Source of the DNA: Candidatus Kapaibacterium sp.
Lineage (GTDB): Bacteria > Bacteroidota > Ignavibacteria > Kapaibacteriales > UBA2268
Length of the DNA: 64,000 bases
Direction: 5' to 3'
Assembly (NCBI GenBank): GCA_963664875.1
Contig: OY761611.1
Location: forward strand, 1,920,001 to 1,984,000
Below the pieces are notes generated by a model. That model did no database searches and had not been told where the DNA came from. It was given only the letters and a program-made list of their open reading frames with translations. Positions 1 through 8,248 of this stretch are shown here, one piece after another; position 1 is the first letter of the stretch, and each line of letters starts with the position of its first letter. Made by a program: the position numbers and the translations under genes.

Positions 1-851
1 ATCGCATTCTTGTCAGGCACAGGCAGCATTTTATGCTCAGGTAATGCAGCAGGAATATACTTGCGCAATATTTCAGGTGTAATAAACTCACCCTTTTCGA
101 GGGTAACTATTGTTTCTGCCATATTTCGCAGCTCTCTGATATTGCCGGACCAATGCAGACTTTTTAATATACTTAGGGCATCACCGCCTATACCTTGGTA
201 TTCTATACCGATTTTCCTTGTGACTTTTTCTGCAAAGTAATCAAAAAGTGCAGGAATATCTTCTCTATGCTCTCTGAGCGATGGCAATTCGATATGGACA
301 GAATTCAGTCGGTAATACAAGTCCCTTCTGAAATCGCCTCTTTCTATCTGCTGCTCCAAATCGCGGTTAGTCGCAGCAATAACTCTAACATTAACCTGCC
401 TTATTTCAGAGGAGCCAAGTCTTGAAAATTCCCCGCTTTCGAGTACTCTGAGAAGTTTTACCTGAGTGCCGAGTGGTATTTCACCTAACTCATCTAAAAA
501 TATCGTGCCGTTGTGAGCAGACTCAAAAAAACCAAGTCTTTGATCAGAAGCCCCGGTAAAAGCTCCCTTTTCGTGCCCAAATAGCTCTGATTCGAGTAAT
601 GTTTCGGGAATGGCAGCACAGTTTACCGAAATAAACGGTTTAGATTTACGGTTGCTGAGTGTGTGTATAGCATTGGCAAATACTTCCTTACCCGTTCCGG
701 TCTCACCGGTAATTAAAACAGTCAAATCAGTAGGAGCTGCCTGCATAAGTTTCGCAATTACACGCTTCATCGGTGCAGAATCGCCAATAATACCGTAGCG
801 AAGCTGCATAAGTTTATTTACATCTTTTTCTATTTTATTTCCGTAAATCAT
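1..851 (-). CDS. Sigma-54-dependent transcriptional activator (AAA+ bEBP, no N-terminal sensory domain), 3' end outside the window
   Basis: Not in the ORF track. Manual translation from ATG at 851: MIYGNKIEKDVNKLMQLRYGIIGDSAPM...VLITGETGTGKEVFA (Walker A)...VNCAAIPETLLESELFGHEKGAFTGA...GTIFLDELGE (Walker B)...RVIAATNRDL...DLYYRLN...WSGNIRELRN. Confidence 0.95.
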   Translation of the reverse strand, partial: MIYGNKIEKDVNKLMQLRYGIIGDSAPMKRVIAKLMQAAPTDLTVLITGETGTGKEVFANAIHTLSNRKSKPFISVNCAAIPETLLESELFGHEKGAFTGASDQRLGFFESAHNGTIFLDELGEIPLGTQVKLLRVLESGEFSRLGSSEIRQVNVRVIAATNRDLEQQIERGDFRRDLYYRLNSVHIELPSLREHREDIPALFDYFAEKVTRKIGIEYQGIGGDALSILKSLHWSGNIRELRNMAETIVTLEKGEFITPEILRKYIPAALPEHKMLPVPDKNA

Positions 852-861
852 ATTGATTTTG

Positions 862-1368
862 CTATTTATTCAAATTTTGTTTCTGCGACCATTCTTCCCA
901 TCCACCTATATAGAGAAAGATTTTTTCTATTCCCATCTGCTGTAAAGTCTCTGCCACAGAATGGCTCAGATCGCATGCACCACCGTCGCAATACACTACT
1001 ATGGTTTTGTCGTAAGGTACTTCCTGCAAAGCCATCATATAGCGGTCTTCGTCCCAATACGGATAAATATTTATTGCATTTCCAATATGAGACTCCTGAT
1101 ACATATCTTCCAATCGAGCATCTATCAGGAAAAAATCAGGATGGTCAACTATCTTCTTCATCTGCTCAAAATTAACTTCAAGCAACTCTCCGGCTTTTGC
1201 TTCCGGTATTTTCTCATTATTTGTATTAAACAGAGTGCTGTCTGTTACTTCATGCTTTTCTTTGAACCATGGAAGAGCTTTGCCGGTGGGCAATAGAGAA
1301 TTATAAGAAATCCCCGTAAGTATAGCCAAAATCACTATAAATAGAGCTTGTTTTAGGTGTTTTATCAT
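862..1368 (-). CDS. Rhodanese-like domain protein with N-terminal membrane anchor
   Basis: LIDAR..Y..SHIGNAINI, IVVYCDGGAC, YIGGWEEW rhodanese motifs; N-terminal hydrophobic helix. Confidence 0.9.
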   Translation of the reverse strand: MIKHLKQALFIVILAILTGISYNSLLPTGKALPWFKEKHEVTDSTLFNTNNEKIPEAKAGELLEVNFEQMKKIVDHPDFFLIDARLEDMYQESHIGNAINIYPYWDEDRYMMALQEVPYDKTIVVYCDGGACDLSHSVAETLQQMGIEKIFLYIGGWEEWSQKQNLNK

Positions 1369-1370
1369 AT

Positions 1371-1793
1371 CTATATCGAATATTTTTCTCTAAAAAAATT
1401 ATAAGCAGCATTTATAGCTGATGTTTTTTCTTTTGCTAAAGCCTGCAAATCCTTGCCCAGAGTGGCTACTTTATCAGGGTGGTACTCTTTTATAAGTTTT
1501 TTATACGCAGCTTTGATTTCGTCAGGAGTTGCGTTAGTATTTATTTCCAGAATTTTAGCTGCTAAAAATATATCCATTTTTTTTGAAGAATCAAAGCTTT
1601 CTTCAGTCTTTTTCTGTTCTTTGTCTGATTTCGAACTGCCCGAATCCCGGTTTAATTCATCGATAGCTTTTTTCAAATCTTCATCTGCGTCTATATCAGC
1701 CATTCCGGACATTTGATAAGAGTCCTGCACATCCGAAAACTTTGCCTTAGCAATTCTGGAGATTCTGTTAAATATTTGTCCCATTATACTCAA
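1371..1793 (-). CDS. J-domain protein (DjlA-like C-terminal J domain)
   Basis: EIKAAYKKLIKEYHPDKV...AINAAY with HPD motif at the C-terminus. Confidence 0.9.
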   Translation of the reverse strand: MSIMGQIFNRISRIAKAKFSDVQDSYQMSGMADIDADEDLKKAIDELNRDSGSSKSDKEQKKTEESFDSSKKMDIFLAAKILEINTNATPDEIKAAYKKLIKEYHPDKVATLGKDLQALAKEKTSAINAAYNFFREKYSI

Positions 1794-1854
1794 ATATAGT
1801 GAGTTAAAGAATTTATTGTCTGCATTAACTACGAATAGAACCGCAAAATAGTTA

Positions 1855-2421
1855 CTAAATAAACTCTAAATGTTCTGCTACAATTTTCGATCCTATGATA
1901 AAAAGCACGATGCCACCCACAATCGCCATCTTATCACCAAATTTAGAAGAAAATACTTCACCGGCTCTGATACCAATAAGAGACATGGCAGCTGCCACAA
2001 TTCCTATAACCAAGCTCGGCAATAATATTTTACCTTCCATTATGCCTATGCTAAAACCTACCGCCAGAGCATCGATACTCGTTCCAACAGCCAGAGCCAT
2101 CAAAGACCAGCCTTTAGAAATATCTTTGTTCACTTTCTCCTCTTCGCCCGAAACGCCCTCATAAATCATTTTTCCGCCAATTATTGCCAAAAGAAAGAAG
2201 GCAACCCAATGGTCGAAATCTTTAATGTAACTAACTACTGTAGCTCCGGCAAACCAGCCTAATATAGGCATCATACCCTGAAACAATCCAAAATGAAAAG
2301 ACAGCCTAAATTTCTGCCTCCCTGTAGCCTTTTTAAAATACGACCCTGCAGCTACAGAAACCGCAAATGCATCTAAAGCCAGTGAAAAGGCTATCAGAAA
2401 CACTACTAGTAAATCTGACAT
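1855..2421 (-). CDS. mntP: Manganese efflux pump MntP family
   Basis: LALDAFAVS and TSIDALAVG duplicated motifs, FGLFQGMMP, FDHWVAF; about 6 TM helices. Confidence 0.93.
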   Translation of the reverse strand: MSDLLVVFLIAFSLALDAFAVSVAAGSYFKKATGRQKFRLSFHFGLFQGMMPILGWFAGATVVSYIKDFDHWVAFFLLAIIGGKMIYEGVSGEEEKVNKDISKGWSLMALAVGTSIDALAVGFSIGIMEGKILLPSLVIGIVAAAMSLIGIRAGEVFSSKFGDKMAIVGGIVLFIIGSKIVAEHLEFI

Positions 2422-2441
2422 TGTAAAAATCCTAAGTGATA

Positions 2442-4892
2442 TTATAGTTTTTTCCCGATACTAAAATAAAACAAAGTAGGACCTTTTACAACGCCATTCG
2501 GATTTTCTCTAAAATAAAAGCTTTTACCGAGAGAAAATGATGCCGGGCCAATTGGAGTATCAAAAGACAAATCTAAGCCAACACCGTGCCTGAAATTGTC
2601 TAATTTCATCTCTTCAGGTACTTCCCATATACTACCAATGTCGTAGCGTACTGACAGATAAGTATCAAAAACTAATGCGAATGGTGATTTAATTCTATAA
2701 ACCAAGCCACCGGCAAGCATCTGTCTGCCACGTCGCTCTTGTGCTCTAAAACCGGAAAAATCACCCTGACCTCCAAGTTCAAAAAATTCTGCAACGGGCA
2801 ACGTCTTATCGGCTATCCCAAACCTAATGGATGGCTCTACGGTGTGAGCTCCCCATGAATACACCGCAGAATTTTGCAGACTTACCTTCGAAAAGCTTGC
2901 TCTGTCTTGCGTAGGGAGGAATGTAGTCTCAAGTGATATATTGAGGAAGTGTCCTTTGGTTGGGAAATCAATGTTATCCCTATTGTCAAACAAAGTCCCA
3001 ATATTGATAGTAGATAGCGAAATATATTTTGGCTTATTGCTTGTGGTATCGATGTAACTTCTCTGCCTCTCAAATCTTGTGGTAACTCCCACAAACCCAT
3101 CTTTATCTATCTGCGAGCCTATGCCTGCTTCAAATCCAAATCTATGTTCTTTAGTAATAGTTCCCACCTCGCTGTCGAAAAGAAATTTTTCCTCAAGTTG
3201 GCTCGAAACATAGTTATTGTAAGACCTGCTTTTAGTATATGCTGTCATGTTTACGCTAAGCATGGTATTCCAGATTCGCGGATTGTCGAAAGAAAGCTGA
3301 TATTTCAAATCTTTATTTCCTACAACTATTCCCGAATTAAAAATAAATCCCCAGTTAAACAAATTCAAATGCCTAAAATCAGCAGAGACTCTGGTGTTCC
3401 TTTCGTCATCTATTCTGACACCAAGCCTCAGATTTTGGCGTGGTTTAGGGCGTACCTTGATATATACATCTGCGCCTTTTCCTTCGTTGGAGCGTTTAGC
3501 GTCTATGACCACATGGTCGAAAAGCTCGTTTGTTATCAAATTTCTCCATGCTATTGTAAGCATTTCGCTGTTGATAATATTTCCCTTTCTGAAAGGTATA
3601 TCTCTCATTATCAAAAAATCGCTTGTTTCAGGGTTGCCTGTTATTTCAATCTTGTTGATTCGCCCCGGGTCAATCTCTATCTTTAAAACTTTAGATTGGT
3701 CATCCCAAAAAGCACGAAAAACTGAAGCAAAAGAAAATCCGCGTTTTCTGCAAATTTTAAGAACACTTTCAGTAATTTTGCGGTAAAGCTCTACATCAAA
3801 AGTCTTATGATAATATTCAGAAAAGTTTTCTGATTTGAAAAGCTCTGTATCAGGACAGCCAAGTATCTCAATTTTTGACAACAGCTCGTAGGTAGTATTA
3901 TCCGGTTCTGTTGACTCCAGCTTTGCCAATATCTCCGGAATATACTTCTTTGCCTCGTTGTAGCCAATCTCAACCAGAGTATCAAGATTAGAAAAATCCA
4001 TACTGTTGTGGTAATCTATCGGAGGCCTAATCATAAATTCTGATTTGTTCAAAGCAGTGTCGCTAAACACTTTCATAGCCACAGATATAGACTGATCCGC
4101 CAAATTCCAGGCATTATCCAGCTCTTCGTAGTTGTGCAAAGGCGAGATAGTATTGACAGCGATGGTCAAATCAGGAGAAAACTTTGCGGCATGCTCTATC
4201 GGAATATTAGATAAAATCCCACCATCTACCAATATCATCGAATCAATTCTTACAGGGGAAAACCTCAAAGGCACCGCCGAGCTTGCTTCAACAGCAGAAA
4301 CAATATCCCCTCTGTCTAAAGCAATGGACTTGCCGCTTACCAAATCAGTAGCTACAGCCCTATAAATGTATTTCAAATTATTAAAATTGCCGTCGGTGTG
4401 GTAAAGAGCATTCCAAAACAAGGTCTGCAAAAATTCTCTGTATTTTTCGCTTCCTGCCACTGCCTCAGGAACTACAAGACTCAAATCATCAAAATATAGA
4501 GTCAGGATGCTCCTATCCTCTATTTTCTTTTGGTCTAAAAACAAATCCTTACGCTTTGAGTTGTCAGCTATCGATCTAATATCACTCCAATTCGCACGGC
4601 AGATAATAGAATCCAAGTCTTTTGCCGAGTAACCGGAAGCATACAATGCTCCAACTATAGAGCCGATACTTGTACCAATAACATAGTCAGGGTAAATTCC
4701 GTTTTCTTCCAATGCCTTTAGCACACCAATTTGTGCAGCACCTCGAGCTCCGCCACCACTAAGCACATAAGCAATTTTTTGTTGATGTCTGCCGGCTCGT
4801 ATAAAATACTCTTCGATTGGTATGTTTTCAGCATTTGCAACACAAGCAAAGAAAGACACAAAAAGCAATATCAAAAGATTTCTATACATCAA
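2442..4892 (-). CDS. Patatin-like phospholipase fused to POTRA and Omp85/BamA barrel (PlpD/type Vd architecture)
   Basis: Signal peptide; LSGGGARG, GTSIG (GxSxG), LVDGG; POTRA-like IEITGN...T; C-terminal barrel with FELGG and TPIGP...FSIGKKL. Confidence 0.9.
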   Translation of the reverse strand: MMYRNLLILLFVSFFACVANAENIPIEEYFIRAGRHQQKIAYVLSGGGARGAAQIGVLKALEENGIYPDYVIGTSIGSIVGALYASGYSAKDLDSIICRANWSDIRSIADNSKRKDLFLDQKKIEDRSILTLYFDDLSLVVPEAVAGSEKYREFLQTLFWNALYHTDGNFNNLKYIYRAVATDLVSGKSIALDRGDIVSAVEASSAVPLRFSPVRIDSMILVDGGILSNIPIEHAAKFSPDLTIAVNTISPLHNYEELDNAWNLADQSISVAMKVFSDTALNKSEFMIRPPIDYHNSMDFSNLDTLVEIGYNEAKKYIPEILAKLESTEPDNTTYELLSKIEILGCPDTELFKSENFSEYYHKTFDVELYRKITESVLKICRKRGFSFASVFRAFWDDQSKVLKIEIDPGRINKIEITGNPETSDFLIMRDIPFRKGNIINSEMLTIAWRNLITNELFDHVVIDAKRSNEGKGADVYIKVRPKPRQNLRLGVRIDDERNTRVSADFRHLNLFNWGFIFNSGIVVGNKDLKYQLSFDNPRIWNTMLSVNMTAYTKSRSYNNYVSSQLEEKFLFDSEVGTITKEHRFGFEAGIGSQIDKDGFVGVTTRFERQRSYIDTTSNKPKYISLSTINIGTLFDNRDNIDFPTKGHFLNISLETTFLPTQDRASFSKVSLQNSAVYSWGAHTVEPSIRFGIADKTLPVAEFFELGGQGDFSGFRAQERRGRQMLAGGLVYRIKSPFALVFDTYLSVRYDIGSIWEVPEEMKLDNFRHGVGLDLSFDTPIGPASFSLGKSFYFRENPNGVVKGPTLFYFSIGKKL

Positions 4893-5158
4893 AGCCTTTC
4901 AAATTCTTCAAATTGTATTTCTTCATCCAAATACTCAGCATAGCAATGCTTCACATAGCTTCTTTCAGGCCCTTTTTGAAGATAGTTGTGCAACTCCCTA
5001 AGAGCTGCCAATTCCCCTGTAGCAAAAACATTTACACTACCATCAGGCATATTTTTTGCATATCCGGTAAGTCCCAAAGAGTTTGCTTTTCGCACAGTAA
5101 AAAAACGAAAACCTACCCCCTGCACTAATCCCGTAATTTCAAATCTTGCTGTCGGCAT
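4889..5158 (-). CDS. acyP: Acylphosphatase
   Basis: GLVQGVGFR, LTGYAKNMPDGSV, GP motifs. Confidence 0.93.
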   Translation of the reverse strand: MPTARFEITGLVQGVGFRFFTVRKANSLGLTGYAKNMPDGSVNVFATGELAALRELHNYLQKGPERSYVKHCYAEYLDEEIQFEEFERL

Positions 5159-5164
5159 ATTTTT

Positions 5165-5722
5165 TTATCTCGAATAAACAATTGAATCAGCAATTTCTTT
5201 TGCTTTTTCTTTGGTAAACAATATCTCAATAAGTTTGAGGGCAAAATCAAAAGCCGTACCCGCACCTCTACTTGTAATCATTTTGCCATGCATCACTGAC
5301 AAAGAATCCTCAGTATAGACTCCATTTCTTATTTTATCTTTCACAGAAGGATGTGAAGTTATCAAAGCATCTTCATGAATCAATCTATGATCTGAAAATA
5401 TCATTGGCGCAGCACATATTGCAGCATAATACTTATTATTAGCTACATGGCGTTCCAATATTTCAACAAAGTGCTCATGATTGGTCAAATTTTCAGTCCC
5501 TCCAAGTCCACCGGGCACAACGATAGCATCCCAATCATCATCTAAGTCCAATTCATCAATTAGCACATCAGGTAATATTTTAATGCCTCGAGAGCAAACA
5601 ACAATCTCTTTATCGCCGGCTACAGTCAAATCTGCACCTGCTCTTCGGAGCATATCAGCAATAATAGTAAATTCCATTTCTTCTGTGCCTTTTGCAATAG
5701 GCACTAATATTTTGCATTTCAT
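5165..5722 (-). CDS. DJ-1/YajL family glyoxalase/deglycase
   Basis: GTEEMEF, DMLRRAG, VPGG, AAICAAP, TSRGAGTAFDFAL. Confidence 0.92.
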   Translation of the reverse strand: MKCKILVPIAKGTEEMEFTIIADMLRRAGADLTVAGDKEIVVCSRGIKILPDVLIDELDLDDDWDAIVVPGGLGGTENLTNHEHFVEILERHVANNKYYAAICAAPMIFSDHRLIHEDALITSHPSVKDKIRNGVYTEDSLSVMHGKMITSRGAGTAFDFALKLIEILFTKEKAKEIADSIVYSR

Positions 5723-6250
5723 AAAACAATGAAGGGTAAATGAGCAAAAATAATAACTGCAAGGTATATATTTTTCAACTCATTTAAAAGAAAATTAGTA
5801 GTTTTACTTATAATCACAGCAAGGTAAGTATCTCAAGGCACCGGCGATAAAAAGCAATTTGCAATTTGTTTACCAGTAGGCGCTATTAAAAAGAAAGGGA
5901 AGACACCTCTCCCCTAATATAATTACACCGACTACAAATCTGTTTTTCTTACTATATGAGAACTTTTTACACCTCAACCAAGGCTTCTAATTCTGCAAGC
6001 CAGAGATTGAATATGGGGCAATCACACAACCGGGCATATTTTGATTCACACCCAGCTATTTTTCAATAATTTCTAAACTTTCCTCTTGTGATAATGCTGA
6101 GGAGTCGTAATAGGGGTTCATTAGCTTTCTGGCAGCTATTGAAAAGAACCGGAGATCCGAGTTTGTTTCAATAAAAAAAGCTACCCGATAAACATATTAT
6201 ATGATATAACAGGCAGCTTAACTTATCTATTAGTTTAAGTATCTAAATTC

Positions 6251-7708
6251 TTACTTCTCTGGAGTATTTTTGATAATTTCTACCAAAAGATCCCAGCATT
6301 TAGCTGTAGAAGAAATTTGGATTTTTTCGTCAGGTGAGTGAACGTCTTCCAAATTTGGTCCGAAAGAAAGCATATCCATATTCGGATATTTTTCGCCAAT
6401 TAGTCCACATTCCAAACCGGCATGAATTGCTTCAATAACAGGCTTATTGCCGTATTTTTCTTCATAAATTTTAGCAGCTTGTTGCAAGATAGGACTATTG
6501 ATATTTGGTTCCCAAGCAGGGTAACCATCACCAACAGAAACAACAGCACCACCGGCTTCCATCGCCAATTTTACTTTATAGCCCAAATCACGCTTTTCAG
6601 AATCCACAGAGGATCTTTGGCTTGTAAGCATATACACCTCGTCTTCGTGAGTTTCTACAATAGCCATATTTGTAGATGTCTGCACTAAACCGGCAATATC
6701 AGGGCTCATTCTATAAACACCGTGAGGCATCAAATAGAAAGAACGAAGGATATTATTCTGGAAATTAGCAGTCCAAACTTTTGCAGGCATAGCAGCTTCT
6801 TCTACAAACACAGTCAAACCCGGCTCTTTTGATTTATATTCATTGAAGAGAGTTTCGCCAAACTGTTTTACGTAAGCATTAAAATCAGCTACTGCTGCAT
6901 CAGAAACTACAACTGTTGCAAAAGCTTCGCGAGGAATAGCATTGTGTTTATTGCCACTGTTGAAATCAGCTATGCGTACATTCAATTTGTCAGACAAATT
7001 AGCAAGCAAACGAGTCATAAATTTAGCAGCATTGCCACGTCCATCGTGTATTTCGATACCGGAGTGTCCGCCACGAAGACCTTTGATAACTAATTTGAAT
7101 GCTTTGCCACCAGCCGGAGCTTCAGCTTCAATTTTGTAGCTACCCATTGTGTTCAAGCCTCCGGCACAGCCGATAGTGAACGCACCATCTTCTTCAGAGT
7201 CAAGGTTAATAAGGATTTGACCTTTAAGCAAGGTTTCAGACAAACCAAGCACACCGGTCATGCCTGTTTCTTCATCAAGAGTGCAAAGCACTTCCAAATC
7301 AGGATGCGCAATATCAGTAGATTCTAAAAGAGCCATACCCATAGCTACGCCAATACCATTGTCCGCACCAAGAGTCGTTCCTTTTGCTTTTACCCAATCG
7401 CCATCAATCCATACTTGAATACCATCATTATCAAAATCAAACTCTACATCAGCATTTTTTTCACAAACCATATCCACGTGCCCCTGCACAGTGATAGGTC
7501 TGCGATTTTCCATACCCGGAGTAGCAGGCTTACGCATAACGAAGTTACCCGCTTCGTCTTTTTCTACCTCGATATTTCTTTCTTTAGCCCAATTTAAAAG
7601 GGCTTCGACCAATTTATCTTCTTTTTTAGATGGATGCGGATAATTGCAAATGAATTCGAAATTTCTCCAAACAGCATTTGGTTCTAAGTGACCTAATACA
7701 CTAGCCAT
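6251..7708 (-). CDS. pepD: Aminoacyl-histidine dipeptidase (M20C)
   Basis: QGHVDMVCEK, TTLGADNGIG, DEETGM, NLDSEE, GLRGGHSG, IHAGLECG, HSPDE. Confidence 0.95.
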   Translation of the reverse strand: MASVLGHLEPNAVWRNFEFICNYPHPSKKEDKLVEALLNWAKERNIEVEKDEAGNFVMRKPATPGMENRRPITVQGHVDMVCEKNADVEFDFDNDGIQVWIDGDWVKAKGTTLGADNGIGVAMGMALLESTDIAHPDLEVLCTLDEETGMTGVLGLSETLLKGQILINLDSEEDGAFTIGCAGGLNTMGSYKIEAEAPAGGKAFKLVIKGLRGGHSGIEIHDGRGNAAKFMTRLLANLSDKLNVRIADFNSGNKHNAIPREAFATVVVSDAAVADFNAYVKQFGETLFNEYKSKEPGLTVFVEEAAMPAKVWTANFQNNILRSFYLMPHGVYRMSPDIAGLVQTSTNMAIVETHEDEVYMLTSQRSSVDSEKRDLGYKVKLAMEAGGAVVSVGDGYPAWEPNINSPILQQAAKIYEEKYGNKPVIEAIHAGLECGLIGEKYPNMDMLSFGPNLEDVHSPDEKIQISSTAKCWDLLVEIIKNTPEK

Positions 7709-7710
7709 AA

Positions 7711-8082
7711 TTAGTTCCTTTTTATAAATTCAATAAAAGTGATAAAACCATTTCCATGTAATTGATTGAGAAAAATAGTTACCCGCTCTCGTGCAGGTGA
7801 TACTTTCTCAGCAAATTTATTGTCAATAAGGGCAATGATATCCCTTACAGAATTATTCCCATCAATAGCAAACCAAGTCGCAGAGCCAATCTCATCAAGA
7901 TTCGCCTTCATATATTTAGATCCACCTTTCGGAATCAAAATCTTTTCAAAAAAGCGATTATTAAATCTCGGCACCAGCACATCTACCAAGCCATCATTGT
8001 TCACCTCGAAACCATGCACATGCTTAGGAGTGAGGTCTAAGTAATTTACTTCCGGAGCGTTATTTTTAGTCTTGCCAAACAT
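7711..8082 (-). CDS. Stand-alone PqqD-like (RRE-fold) protein
   Basis: LDEIGSATWFAIDGNNSVRDI...FLNQLHGNGFI matches the PqqD-family helix pattern; stop lies 2 nt before the pepD start. Confidence 0.7.
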   Translation of the reverse strand: MFGKTKNNAPEVNYLDLTPKHVHGFEVNNDGLVDVLVPRFNNRFFEKILIPKGGSKYMKANLDEIGSATWFAIDGNNSVRDIIALIDNKFAEKVSPARERVTIFLNQLHGNGFITFIEFIKRN

Positions 8083-8188
8083 AAATACTAATCACATAGT
8101 TATACGTTCAAAAGCGGAATAAGTTGTTAATCGTATAGTATAAGTTAAAAAGAGTCTTTGATTTAACAAAGAAATATCGGCAGTCTGT

Positions 8189-8222
8189 AAAAAAAAAGAG
8201 GAACCCGGTTAAGAGTTCCCCT
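8189..8222 (-). terminator. Rho-independent terminator of the giant adhesin gene
   Basis: Minus strand AGGGGAACTC-TTAACC-GGGTTCCTCT followed by a T run. Confidence 0.8.
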
Positions 8223-8248
8223 TAAGATATTTATCGAAGATTTAGATA

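Noticed and set aside
10-798. Three short plus-strand ORFs in the track
   Set aside because: Antisense to the sigma-54 activator, which the track missed because it runs off the window
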